From NCBI GenBank assembly GCA_965224245.1, contig OZ245046.1, forward strand, positions 608,001-672,000: a DNA stretch of 64,000 nt. The letters run 5' to 3'. Below the pieces are notes generated by a model. The model worked only from the letters and a program-made list of their open reading frames with translations, searched no databases and was not told where the DNA came from. Within the stretch, counting starts at the first letter, position 1; every line of letters begins with the position of its first letter. The stretch is from Candidatus Eiseniibacteriota bacterium (GTDB lineage: Bacteria; Eisenbacteria; RBG-16-71-46; CAZAMP01). Positions 48,501 to 57,680 of the stretch are shown piece by piece. A program made the translations under genes and the position numbers.

Positions 48501-51111
48501 CCCGGTCACCGACACGGCCTCCACCATCGCGAGCTCACCGTTCTTCGTCGACCCGACCGACATCGTCGCGACCGCCGACGGCTACCTCGTGCTCGACGAG
48601 GACGCCGATCCGTTCAGCATCGGACAGAGTCCCGGCGCCGTGTTCGAGATCCTCGACGCCACCGGCGCGGTGGTGGACGCGCTCTCCGACCCGGTCATGC
48701 ACCAGCCGCAGGGTTTCGCGCTGGACACCGACGGCACGCTGATCATCGCCGACCCCGGGGCGGTGGCCGTGGATGGCGTGCAGGGTCAGGGCGCGTTGCT
48801 GCGTGCCGATCTCGACGCCGAGACCATCGTGCCGCTCATCACGGGAACGGGCTGGGTCGCGATCCGCGACGTGGTGCTGCATCCGAGCGGCGACTACATC
48901 GTCTGCGACGAGAACGCCGACCCGCGAGGCCTCGGGGGAGACACCGGCGCGCTCTACCGCGTCAATCGCGACGATCTGTCGGTGACCGTCTTCGGGTCGG
49001 GTCCGGGTCTCGTCAATCCACGACGGCTGACGCTCTCGTCGACCGGCCGCGTGCTCGTCGCCGACCGCGGCAACACGTCCAGTCCGGTGAGGGTCTGGCG
49101 CATCGACGAGGTGGGTGGCGTTCCGCGTCTTCACTGGGAGCCCGAGGATCTGGGGAGCGTGAACGCGATCTTCGTCCTCGACGTGCCCACGTTGACGTCC
49201 AGTCGATTCTCGGTGACCGATCTGAACGGCTCGCCGGTCCGCCCTGGGGACGTCGTTCGCTATCGCTTCGACGTGCGCAACACCGGATCGTTCCCGGCGA
49301 ACCCGGTGCTGGTCGAGATCGTGGGGTCACCCCTGGGCGCGGTCCAGCCGGGGTCGGTGGTCGTTGACACCGGCACGGCCACCGCCGACGACCGCGCGGT
49401 CAACTTCGCCGCCACCGTCCCGCCGGGCGGGGCGGCCTCGGTCACGTTCGACTACACGGTCGCGACCGGCCTGAGCGAAGGCACCCCGATCATCACCGAG
49501 GCCACGCTGGACGCCGGCAACGACCTGATCACGTCGGTCCTCGACGTTCAGCGGATTCCGCTGGAGCTCGACCCGAACGACCTCGTCGTGCTGGATCGGA
49601 CCGCGGCGTCGGGCGAGGTGGTCTCGGGCTCGGGCACGGTGTTCCGCTGGGACGCCGACGGCGATACGCTGAATCCGATCGCGAGCTACCTCGAGTTCGA
49701 GCGGCTGGAGTCCATCGCGATCGACCCGACCGACCCCGAGGCGCTCTACGTCTGCGACTCGATCACCGATCCCGACGGTCTCGGGACCGACACCGGCGCC
49801 GTGTTCAGGATCGGCACGCGCGACGGCCGGTCGATCGCACGGTACACGGGCCCGGAGCTCGTCGCGCCGATGAGCGTGTTCTTCGGACCCGACGGGGAGC
49901 CCTACGTCGCCGATCTGAACGCCGACCCGCTGGGAATCGGCATTCCGTCCGGCGCCGTCTTCGCGCTGGATCCGATCACCGGCGATCTGACGCTGGCGGC
50001 GGCGTCACCCTCGTTCCGCCAGCCCCGTCACGGCACGGTCCTCCCGGACGGCACGATGCTCGTGGTCGACCGCGGCGCCGATCCGTACGGGCTCGGGGAC
50101 AACGTCGGCACGATCTTCACGGTCTCGCCGAGCGGGGTCGTGGACGTGCTGGCGACCGGCGGGTTCCTCGTGGATCCCGTCTGGGCGGTCCGTTACCCGG
50201 ACGGGTCGTACGTCGTCGTGGACGAGAACAGCAACCCCGGCGAGACCCCGGGCTTCACCGGCGCGCTGCTTCGATTGAACCCCACGAGCGGCTTCCTGCA
50301 GGTGCTCGCTGTCTCGGAGGCCTTCTCGCTGCCGCAGATGGCCAAGATCGGCTCGCAGGGCGAGATCTACGTGGTCGATCGTCTGGCCGATCCCAACGGA
50401 GCCGAGCCCGGTCGGGGCGCCATCCTCCGGTGGCACCCGTCGGATGGCAACGTCACGGTGTTCGCGTTCACGCCTCGGTTCCGGAGCCCCATCGGCGTGG
50501 AGTTCGTGGACAGCCCGACCCCGGTGCGGGCGGTGGACGTCGCGGCCTCGATCCCGCGGTCGGGAACCGTGCGACTCGAATGGGACGTCCGGGCGGACGA
50601 GGCCATCGCGCGCATCGACGTGTATCGTGCGTCGCTCCCCGATGCCGGTGCGATGCCCGCTCCCGGGGACCGACTGACCGGGGACGGACTCTCACCGACG
50701 ACGCGTGCGTACGAGGACGTGGGTCTGCCGGTCGACGCCGAGTTTAGGTACTGGGTGGGGTTGACCGGTGTGTCCGGGACGTCCACACTCTCCGGTTCGA
50801 TCGACGTGACGGTCACCGTCGATGCGCCCCGTGTGTTTGCGCTCCGCGCGGCCCGACCGAATCCGTTCTCGTCGCACACCGCGTTCGCGTTCGACGTTCC
50901 CCAGCCGGGGCATCGTGTCGCCATTCGCGTGTACGACATCGCAGGACGCCGCGTCAGGACGCTCGTCGACGACGACGTCGTGCCCGGCGTGCACGTCGTG
51001 TCCTGGGATGGACACGACCAGCGCGGGGCGCGCGTGGCACCCGGAGTGTATTTCTATCGAATGACCTCGCCGGGCTTCGTCGAGACGCGCCGGGCCGTCG
51101 TGCTGAGGTAG
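45577..51111 (+). CDS. Giant secreted protein (~1845 aa): repeated NHL-like beta-propellers alternating with DUF11-like Ig domains, FlgD-Ig C-terminus
   Basis: Signal peptide; three DLNG...P(G/F)D...N(TG) domain starts near 46650, 47920 and 49215; many D..A(D/N)P.G....GA(I/V)(F/Y) blades; PNPF...YDIAGRRVRTLV...WDG...PGVYFY. Confidence 0.85.
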   Translation: MRLLDHSRGPRSLPLLAALCGVAVLAGSVRAQLVDQKLLICDTTAQHAEEYPGVGSLLLQAITGDSSTVFYNAPPLKLPFAATVDVGGAIVMTDRGAVAPGDPGGNGAVIRFHPFSTDVDFVVGSPLFDEICDVAVNADGRILVADKRANPLGLPQGDTGAIYAIDPATHEVSVFSSLSDFVDPVGVLVDSTGAVYVIDENSNPFGFEDGSGAIWEIDRNTGAFVRLVTTSPEFSTPGDAVRVGNFLYLLDTTALVTNGTVSRNSGDVFRIDLVSGEPIRYFPFTPFFVRISDIEYLAGKFWLIDRDITFPEGGSGGLYSVDPRGTRRPSRFTGSPLWSDPRSIVFLPTSRIDVVRHEFVDLNGPPLSPFDELAFEVELGNSVTVGSGFALTDSLEAFLTVDPLSIVVDSGEASLTTVPRPAITWTGSIGVGESAMMTFRATLGEVERLRQPLEVVAELRDDGAGQLVSTIRDTVYRELADDEVIIADAVSFVTNGRLLVVRGDGESYESIVEPPEELLDPTRLLSPTDVVVDTAGVVFVVDPQIQVPPDSVGYGAVLRYRPTTGELDLFSVRPSYRDPVALAIDPGGRLLVLDNGIVVPGGGRGVLFSLDLETGAVMDSVSDSRWVQPEKVAFNSRGEILVLDRRSEIGGYEGAQGAVFRITAEGDVFVDTVSPEFRQLRAIVPVGVADYLLVDSQRDAVFISTAEGVSVFAQSAQFQSPWAATITRFGDLLVADNANSTIFRVSLATGDVEPFIQIPILELPIALATRPAPRFEGSSFIAFDLNGGNVLPGDVIRWNLQIRNTGTLNADAVLAVNELPAHAEMEVGSLGASAGSASYDALTREVHWEGSLEIGAVANIFYRTALSTAIGMGTRVTNTAIVTPESGEPLVFTRTLVARGPFLAGDLLAVDPDTGGGTLYRRDVVTDLADLMVEGEPFVTPVAVTVDAAQRAVILDQNADPSGAGDARGAVFRYDPVTDTASTIASSPFFVDPTDIVATADGYLVLDEDADPFSIGQSPGAVFEILDATGAVVDALSDPVMHQPQGFALDTDGTLIIADPGAVAVDGVQGQGALLRADLDAETIVPLITGTGWVAIRDVVLHPSGDYIVCDENADPRGLGGDTGALYRVNRDDLSVTVFGSGPGLVNPRRLTLSSTGRVLVADRGNTSSPVRVWRIDEVGGVPRLHWEPEDLGSVNAIFVLDVPTLTSSRFSVTDLNGSPVRPGDVVRYRFDVRNTGSFPANPVLVEIVGSPLGAVQPGSVVVDTGTATADDRAVNFAATVPPGGAASVTFDYTVATGLSEGTPIITEATLDAGNDLITSVLDVQRIPLELDPNDLVVLDRTAASGEVVSGSGTVFRWDADGDTLNPIASYLEFERLESIAIDPTDPEALYVCDSITDPDGLGTDTGAVFRIGTRDGRSIARYTGPELVAPMSVFFGPDGEPYVADLNADPLGIGIPSGAVFALDPITGDLTLAAASPSFRQPRHGTVLPDGTMLVVDRGADPYGLGDNVGTIFTVSPSGVVDVLATGGFLVDPVWAVRYPDGSYVVVDENSNPGETPGFTGALLRLNPTSGFLQVLAVSEAFSLPQMAKIGSQGEIYVVDRLADPNGAEPGRGAILRWHPSDGNVTVFAFTPRFRSPIGVEFVDSPTPVRAVDVAASIPRSGTVRLEWDVRADEAIARIDVYRASLPDAGAMPAPGDRLTGDGLSPTTRAYEDVGLPVDAEFRYWVGLTGVSGTSTLSGSIDVTVTVDAPRVFALRAARPNPFSSHTAFAFDVPQPGHRVAIRVYDIAGRRVRTLVDDDVVPGVHVVSWDGHDQRGARVAPGVYFYRMTSPGFVETRRAVVLR

Positions 51112-51137
51112 CCGGGGAACCGCCTGGGGACTGGCCA

Positions 51138-52130
51138 ATGTGGACGAAGGTCATCGAGCTGCTCGAGGGCGCGGGCCGGGTCGTGCTCACCACCCACGTC
51201 GGATCCGACGGCGACGGAATCGGCTCGGAGCTGGCGCTCGGGCGCACCCTCGCCGGGGCCGGCAAGACGGTCTCGATCCTCAACCCGACGCGCACCCAGG
51301 ACCGCTACCGGTTCCTGTTCGAGGACGGCGAGATCGTCGACTACGACGCGTCGCAGGACGCCGTCGTGGCCGCCGCGGACGTGATCGTCGTGCTCGACAT
51401 CAACCGCTGGGACCGTCTGGGCGATCTGTCCGACCTCGTCCGCCGGAGCAACGCGGTCAAGCTGTGTGTCGATCACCATCCGGCGCCCGAGTACTTCGGC
51501 GCCTACGATGTCTCCGATCCGACCGCCTCCGCCACCGGGGTGCTGGTCGCCGAGCTCATCCAGTCCTGGGTGGGCCGGCTGTCCGACGACACGCTCTCGC
51601 CGCTGTACGTGGCCATCATGACCGACACCGGTAGCTTCCGCTTCGCGAACACCGACAGTCGGGCCATGCGCATCGCCGCCGATCTCGTCGAGCGCGGCGT
51701 CCGTCCCGACGAGCTGTACCGGCGCGTGTACGAGTCGAGCTCCCGCGGGCGCATGCTGCTCCTCGGAAACGTGCTGTCGTCCCTGGAGTACGAGCTGGGC
51801 GGACGTCTCGTCACGTTCACGATCACGAACGCACTCCTCGCGGAGTGCGGCGTCGATCGTGAGGAGGCCGAGGGGTTCACCGACGTCATCCGCGCGGTGG
51901 AGGGCTCGCTCGTCGTCCTGTCCTTCGTCGAGAACGACGACGGGAGCGCCAAGATCAGCCTGCGGTCCAAGGGACGCGTCCTCGACGTGGGGCTGATCGC
52001 GCGGGAGTTCGGAGGGGGTGGGCACGCGAACGCCTCGGGTATCCTCCACCCGAGCCCGCTCGTCGAGGCGCGAGAGGACGTCTTGCGCGTGATACGCGAA
52101 CGGTTGTCGAACACGACCGTCGGGAGCTGA
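51138..52130 (+). CDS. nrnA: DHH/DHHA1 phosphoesterase, bifunctional oligoribonuclease/PAP phosphatase
   Basis: H..SDGDGIGS, VLD, VDHH, TDTGSF, SLRS, GGGGHANASG. Confidence 0.92.
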   Translation: MWTKVIELLEGAGRVVLTTHVGSDGDGIGSELALGRTLAGAGKTVSILNPTRTQDRYRFLFEDGEIVDYDASQDAVVAAADVIVVLDINRWDRLGDLSDLVRRSNAVKLCVDHHPAPEYFGAYDVSDPTASATGVLVAELIQSWVGRLSDDTLSPLYVAIMTDTGSFRFANTDSRAMRIAADLVERGVRPDELYRRVYESSSRGRMLLLGNVLSSLEYELGGRLVTFTITNALLAECGVDREEAEGFTDVIRAVEGSLVVLSFVENDDGSAKISLRSKGRVLDVGLIAREFGGGGHANASGILHPSPLVEAREDVLRVIRERLSNTTVGS

Positions 52131-53950
52131 TGCGTCCGATGAGAGGCGGCGGTCGTTTCGCCCTGATCCTCGCCGTCATCGTGGTGGCGGCCGGCATCAT
52201 CCGAGCGGCCGTGTTCGCCCAGAGTCACGACTGGATCGTGTTCACCCGGCCCGTCCTCGACGCAGCGTTCTACGACGAGTCCGCCCGCGCGCTCCTGAGC
52301 GGCCAGTGGCCGGGCGCCGATCCGTACTTCATGGGACCGCTCTACACGTACGTGGTGGCCACGCTGTACGTCGCGTTCGGATCAGACGTCGTCGTGATCC
52401 GGATCGCGCAGATGCTGATGGGCTGCGCTCTCGTAGGAACGGTCGGCATCCTGGGACGACGTCTTTTCGGTACGCTGGCCGGATTACTGGCCGCGGGCTT
52501 CACGGCGCTGTACGGACCGCTCGTGTTCATCGAGCAGCTCCCGTTGATGGCCACGTGCGTCACCCTCCTGTCCCTGCTCCTGTTCGAGCGCGCCTGGGCC
52601 TGGCGCGACGGCGACGGGCTCCGGGCCGCGATCCCGGCAGGACTTCTCCTCGGGGCGCTCGTCGCGATGCGCGGCACGACGATCGCCTATCTCGTTCCGA
52701 TCGTGATGATGGCGCGCTGGCGCCCGGGTAGCCTCCGGCTGGTTCCCGTGGCGCTCGCGGGCGCCGCCCTCGTGATGGCGCCGTTCACGTTGCACAACCT
52801 GACCAGCGGGAGCCGGGCGCTCACGACCACGTCTCTCGGATGGAATCTCTACATCGGCAACAACGCCTCGGCCAACGGCATGTTCGCCTATCCGAACGGC
52901 GCGCGGGCGGAGACCGATCCCACGGGTCGGGAGTTCGCGTCGCAGCAGGTGGGGCGGCACCTGACCCCGGACGAGACCAATCGCTACTGGCTCGACGCCG
53001 CGCTCCGCCATGCACGGGAAGACCCGCTCGACCTCGCACGGCTGTGGCTCCGGAAGCTCGTGCTGACCGTGCAGAACGACGAGATCCCCCAGAACGAGAA
53101 CTTCCGCTTCTTCATCGCCAACAACTCGAACGCCCAGATCGCGGTCTTCGGCTTCTGGCTCGCGCTGCCGCTCGCGCTGGCATCGCTGGTCACGCTCCGG
53201 CGACACCGGGCGGCGCTGAACTACCTCTTCGCGTTCGCGGCGGTGCCCCTCTTGACGTCGGTCGTGTTCTTCGCCACCGCGCGCTACCGGGTGCCGGCCG
53301 TGCCCTTTCTGCTCCTGATGGGGGGAGCGGTGGTGTCGGAGTGGCTCCGGCCGGATGCGGTGCGCCGCCGCCGTGACGTCATCGGAGCGGCCGTCACGTT
53401 CGCCGTGGCGCTGGTCATGCTGGTCGCGCCGGCACCCTACAATCGCGCGGCTGCCACCGCACGCGAGTACGAGCACCTCGGCCTTCGCTTCCAGAACGAG
53501 GGGCAGTTCTGGACGGCCGAATCCAACTATCGCAAGGCGCTGGAGATCAAGCCGGATGACGGCGACGCCTGGAACAACCTCGGAACCGTGCTCGTGTACA
53601 TGGAGAAGTATGCGGCCGCCGAGGACGCGTTCCTGCGCTCGGCCCGCGCCCAGCCCGACAATCCGGTCCCGCTGGTGAACCTCGCGATGCTGCACGGACA
53701 GAACGGCGACCACGCCGGTGCCGAGCGCTTCCTGTCCCGTGCCGTCGCGCTCGACCCCACCGACGCGTCGCTGCTGGTGAACCTCGGTACGGCACAGGCG
53801 CTCCAGGATCGGCTGGCCGACGCGATCGCGACGTTCGAGCGCGCGCTCCGGCTGGATCCGACCCACGTGACCGCGCGCGAAATGCTCAGGAGCGCGCGCG
53901 AGCTGCAGCTGTCGCTGGAGGACGCACCGGGGGAGGAGGGAGGACGGTGA
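52130..53950 (+). CDS. GT-C (PMT/GT39-like) glycosyltransferase with C-terminal TPRs
   Basis: LDAAFYD...PYFMGPLY, multi-TM, NLYIGNN, FFATARYRVP, then several TPRs. Confidence 0.82.
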   Translation: MRPMRGGGRFALILAVIVVAAGIIRAAVFAQSHDWIVFTRPVLDAAFYDESARALLSGQWPGADPYFMGPLYTYVVATLYVAFGSDVVVIRIAQMLMGCALVGTVGILGRRLFGTLAGLLAAGFTALYGPLVFIEQLPLMATCVTLLSLLLFERAWAWRDGDGLRAAIPAGLLLGALVAMRGTTIAYLVPIVMMARWRPGSLRLVPVALAGAALVMAPFTLHNLTSGSRALTTTSLGWNLYIGNNASANGMFAYPNGARAETDPTGREFASQQVGRHLTPDETNRYWLDAALRHAREDPLDLARLWLRKLVLTVQNDEIPQNENFRFFIANNSNAQIAVFGFWLALPLALASLVTLRRHRAALNYLFAFAAVPLLTSVVFFATARYRVPAVPFLLLMGGAVVSEWLRPDAVRRRRDVIGAAVTFAVALVMLVAPAPYNRAAATAREYEHLGLRFQNEGQFWTAESNYRKALEIKPDDGDAWNNLGTVLVYMEKYAAAEDAFLRSARAQPDNPVPLVNLAMLHGQNGDHAGAERFLSRAVALDPTDASLLVNLGTAQALQDRLADAIATFERALRLDPTHVTAREMLRSARELQLSLEDAPGEEGGR

Positions 53951-54528
53951 CCCCGGGCTGGGACCACGTCTCGCACGCGATCGGGAGCTACTCGCCGCCC
54001 GACGTCGCGTGGGACGCCGACCTCACGCCCAGTGCGGTGCTGGTGCCGTTGCTCGAGGATGGCGGGGCCCTCTCGATCCTGATGATCGAGCGCGCGACGT
54101 CCGTGGGACGTCATGCCGGCGAGATCGCGTTTCCCGGCGGTGTCGTCGAAGCCGGCGACCGCGACCTCCTCGCAACCGCGCTACGCGAGACGCGAGAGGA
54201 GCTCGCCCTCGCGATCGCGCCGCGGGACGTGCTCGGGCGACTCGACGACTGCGTGACCGGTGGATACTTCATCATGCGTCCGTTCGTGGCGCGCCTGGAG
54301 TCGACGGTCGGCCTGACGCCGAGTCCCGAGGAGGTCGCGGCCGTTCACATCTGGCCGCTGGCCACGTTCGCCGCCGAGGGCGTGTGCCGCGTCGAGAGGC
54401 GTGTCTTCCGCGGCGCGCGGCACGACGTGCCGTTCTTCGAGATCCCGGACTCGCCCGGCGTCACGGTGTGGGGCGCATCGGCGAGGGTCATCTTGAACCT
54501 GCTGGATGTGATCGGTCCAATCGATTGA
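53947..54528 (+). CDS. CoA pyrophosphatase (NudL-like Nudix hydrolase)
   Basis: SAVLVPL, HAGEIAFPGG, TALRETREEL, VWGASA. Confidence 0.9.
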   Translation: MTPGWDHVSHAIGSYSPPDVAWDADLTPSAVLVPLLEDGGALSILMIERATSVGRHAGEIAFPGGVVEAGDRDLLATALRETREELALAIAPRDVLGRLDDCVTGGYFIMRPFVARLESTVGLTPSPEEVAAVHIWPLATFAAEGVCRVERRVFRGARHDVPFFEIPDSPGVTVWGASARVILNLLDVIGPID

Positions 54529-54540
54529 CTCACAGTGAAT

Positions 54541-55071
54541 TCAGCGCCTCGGGAAGCCGAGTCCGAACACGACCGCGAACCACTCGGTGTCGCCGAAACG
54601 GATGCGAAACTCCCCGAAGAACGTCGAGCCCGAGTCGAGGTGCCGCTCGATCCCGCCGAGAAGCGTGAGACCCGAATCGCTCGAGTGTGCGGTGCCCGTC
54701 TCGCCGACGCTGGTCCAGAAGTTGGCCCAGTCGATGCCACCTCCCGCGTAGAAGTAGGTATCGGGTGCCACCGGATTCTCGCTCGCGATGACGTGCACCT
54801 CCGGGGTCAGGTCGATCGCCGTGACGTCGTCGCCGAAGCCGAGGGCGCCGGCGACGCCGAAGCGCAGCTTGTCGCCGGGCTCGTAGAGATGCAGATGCGA
54901 TCCGAGCAGCACCTGATCGGGATCGAAGCGGAAGCCGACGCGGACCGCGACCTCGTGAACGCCGAAGTCGGACGTCGATGCGTCCGAGGCGATCGACAGC
55001 GATGCGAGCGCGATGGCGACCGGGCCCACCGGGAGCCGGAGGGAGGGCTTGTGGAGACCGGCCACTGGCAT
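54541..55071 (-). CDS. Probable small outer-membrane beta-barrel protein
   Basis: Signal-like N-terminus; alternating strands (DPDQVLLG, YFYAGGG, LLGGIE, FFGEFRI, VFGLGF). Confidence 0.6.
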   Translation of the reverse strand: MPVAGLHKPSLRLPVGPVAIALASLSIASDASTSDFGVHEVAVRVGFRFDPDQVLLGSHLHLYEPGDKLRFGVAGALGFGDDVTAIDLTPEVHVIASENPVAPDTYFYAGGGIDWANFWTSVGETGTAHSSDSGLTLLGGIERHLDSGSTFFGEFRIRFGDTEWFAVVFGLGFPRR

Positions 55072-55118
55072 GGTCGTCGTTCCGATCCGGGGACGCGATG
55101 GGTGGCGATTGAGCGCGC

Positions 55119-55148
55119 AGACTACGGAAGCGCTCGACGCGGTGTCAA
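55119..55148 (-). promoter_or_regulatory. Sigma70-type promoter for the beta-barrel gene
   Basis: TTGACA-N18-TAGTCT on the - strand. Confidence 0.55.
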
Positions 55149-55175
55149 GCGGGGGGCCCGCGACCGCCCCCGCCT

Positions 55176-56978
55176 TCACGGCAGCACCAGGAGCTTGCCC
55201 CGTTCGACGCGGGCGCCGGCATGGATACGAAAGGCGTAAACGCCTCCAGCGACTCGCGATCCGGTCACGTCGGTGAGATTCCAGGTGAGCGTGTTGGATC
55301 CCGCGCGAGCAGCGCCGTCGAGGAGTGTGGCCACCCGCCGGCCACGAACGTCGAAGACGTCGATCGAGACCGGTGTGTCGTCGGTGAGGGCGAAGCGAAA
55401 CGTGGCCTCCGATCGTGCCGGGCTCGGGAAGACGCGGACGACGATGTCGGGCCCGACCGAGACGTCGGCCTTCTCGCCGAGGAGCCCCCGCTCGGCCAGA
55501 ACGGCGATCGCGTCGGCGCGGGGGAAGGTCGCATCGAGCCTGACGCCCGTCTCGACGATGACACGTGCCGCGTGCGTCACGTCGGAGTCGGGGAGCAGGA
55601 AGAACAAGCTCTCGAGCACGGCGCGATCCAGCGCCTCGGGACCCACCAGCGGACGGAGCGCCCACAGCGCCGACGCCAGGATCGTTCCGTCGCCGTGGAC
55701 CGAGCCCGTCAGGTCCTCGGGCACGCGCCGGAAGCGGTCCAGCCGCCGGAGGTGCGGCGGACAGGCCGACGAGTACGCTGCCGCGTCCCACTCGGCCAGG
55801 TACGGGTCTCCGGTGAACGAGCACGCGAGGTAGTCTGCGATACCCTCACTGACCGCACGTGACTGCGATGTCTCCGAGTAGGCCGGCTGGGCACGGTGGT
55901 GGAGCGCGTGCCCGAGCTCGTGCAGGATGATCTCGGGATCCTGTGCATCCGGCACGCCGCCGATGCCGAGCGTGATCCGTCCGGTGGCTGGACTGAAGAA
56001 GGAGTTGTCCCCGGAGTAGCCGCGGGCGTCGGCCACGATCGCTCGTCCGCCGAAGCCGCCGACCCCGAGCGACTCGACGTGGTCGAAGTAGCGATCGATC
56101 GTGAAGTAGCACATGGCCTGCTCGAACCCCGGGTGGCTGGGGGGGTACCGGAAGTCCGCCTCGAGGGAGAAGGCCCGCGGGCCGTCACCGTTGATCGCGC
56201 GGACACGATCTCCGTCGAGGTAGCCCGAGCCATCCAGCCGGTCGAGCGTCACGTCGGAGACGAACGGAGCGAGATCGGCGTCCGACGCATCGGGGTTCGC
56301 TCCGCACCCGAGCGCCGGGTTCTGGAGGAACGCACGCCCGTCGCCGGTGAGGTGGCAGAGATGATTCTCGATCGAGCGGACCGTGCTCGACTCGGCGTCG
56401 ACGATGGCCACGAAGTCGCCGAGCGGTGACTCGGCGGGGAGCGTCACGCGATAGGCTGGAGCGGGGCGTCCGTCGAGGATGGCCCAGACCTCAGCGGCCG
56501 TCGGCTCGGCCCGGAGTCGCGTCACCGCGAGGTGGTCCGTCGTGCGCTCCACCGCGCGCGCGGCGGCGGCGGTGCTCCAGGACGAGGAGCTCGCCATCGC
56601 CCGGTGCGCGGCGTGAGGAGCGAAGCGCGCGGTGACGGCCCGGGTTCCGTCGTCCAGCTCGTGCTCGACGGCCCAGGAGCCGACGAGCGGACGGCCTTCG
56701 ATCGTCTGTTCGAAGACCGTGTGCGTGCCCGTGCCCGAGCCGATCCGCGAGCGGATCCGCCAGCTGACGCCGGCCACCGGGCTCTGGATGCCACGAGCCG
56801 TCATCGGGGCCACGGTGTCGATCCGTCGCCAGTGGGCGTCCTCGCGCGGCGTGTCCAGGGGAACGGCGACCAGCATGACCACGAGCGAGACCGCGACGAG
56901 GCCCACGGACAGGACCGGCCCGCGGGAGGAGCCGTCTCGGGAGGCCGGAGGGGTCGGGGGTGGGGTGGCGCGCGTCAT
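55176..56978 (-). CDS. Secreted M36/M4-like zinc metallopeptidase with propeptide and FlgD-Ig C-terminus
   Basis: FTP/PepSY-like propeptide, DNSFFS, D.EIILHELGH, SEGIADY, VHGDG; tail FPSP...FDVRGRRVATL...GGVY. Confidence 0.88.
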   Translation of the reverse strand: MTRATPPPTPPASRDGSSRGPVLSVGLVAVSLVVMLVAVPLDTPREDAHWRRIDTVAPMTARGIQSPVAGVSWRIRSRIGSGTGTHTVFEQTIEGRPLVGSWAVEHELDDGTRAVTARFAPHAAHRAMASSSSWSTAAAARAVERTTDHLAVTRLRAEPTAAEVWAILDGRPAPAYRVTLPAESPLGDFVAIVDAESSTVRSIENHLCHLTGDGRAFLQNPALGCGANPDASDADLAPFVSDVTLDRLDGSGYLDGDRVRAINGDGPRAFSLEADFRYPPSHPGFEQAMCYFTIDRYFDHVESLGVGGFGGRAIVADARGYSGDNSFFSPATGRITLGIGGVPDAQDPEIILHELGHALHHRAQPAYSETSQSRAVSEGIADYLACSFTGDPYLAEWDAAAYSSACPPHLRRLDRFRRVPEDLTGSVHGDGTILASALWALRPLVGPEALDRAVLESLFFLLPDSDVTHAARVIVETGVRLDATFPRADAIAVLAERGLLGEKADVSVGPDIVVRVFPSPARSEATFRFALTDDTPVSIDVFDVRGRRVATLLDGAARAGSNTLTWNLTDVTGSRVAGGVYAFRIHAGARVERGKLLVLP

Positions 56979-57268
56979 GAGGATGCCCCGTCGTGGTCGT
57001 TTCCGGCTGGAGAGACGTGTGTTCAGGGGAGTTTATCGGACGGCCCGGGGCGGTCTTGCACTTCTCTTCGGTCACCGGGGCCGACCCATCGACACCGTGC
57101 GAGGCACGGCTCCGCGACCGGACGCCGAGCCCCGGATCGGAAGGGCCGAAGTCGACCACGGCGGCTCCGCGCGCCCGGAGGTGACGGCCGACGCCGGGTC
57201 GACACCTCGCGTGGGCGAGAACGCTTTCGATGGGCGAGGCACGGTGTACCATTCCGTGTCGAGCCGGC

Positions 57269-57616
57269 ATGGTGGACGAGGCGAACTGGAGACCCTCCGA
57301 TGAACGAATGGTCAACACCGGTGTCCTCACCGATCACCAGGGCAAGGGTGTGTACACGCGCATGCTGCCGGTGCTCATGGACCGCGTGCGCCGAGAGGGC
57401 TTTCAGATCATGTTCAGCCGTCACCGTGCCGCGAGCAACCGCGTGATCGTTCCCAAGCTCGAGGCCGGGTTCGTGATCAGCGGCTTCGAGACATCCGACG
57501 TGTTCGGACTGCTGGTGCAGTTCTCCTACTACCCCAATCCGGACCGACGTCGGGCCATGGACGTGTGGACCGGAGAGCTGGCGGCGGACGCGCGAATGCG
57601 CGAGCTGGGCATCTAG
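57269..57616 (+). pseudogene. GNAT acetyltransferase, C-terminal half only (probably 5'-truncated)
   Basis: MVNTGVLTDHQGKGVYT (motif A), SRH..SN..IVPKLEAGF; only about 13 aa precede motif A. Confidence 0.55.
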
Positions 57617-57680
57617 GGCGGGAGAGCCGGCCCGCGATCGGTCGACCGGCAACCACTCAGTCCGCCGATACGGAGGAGCC

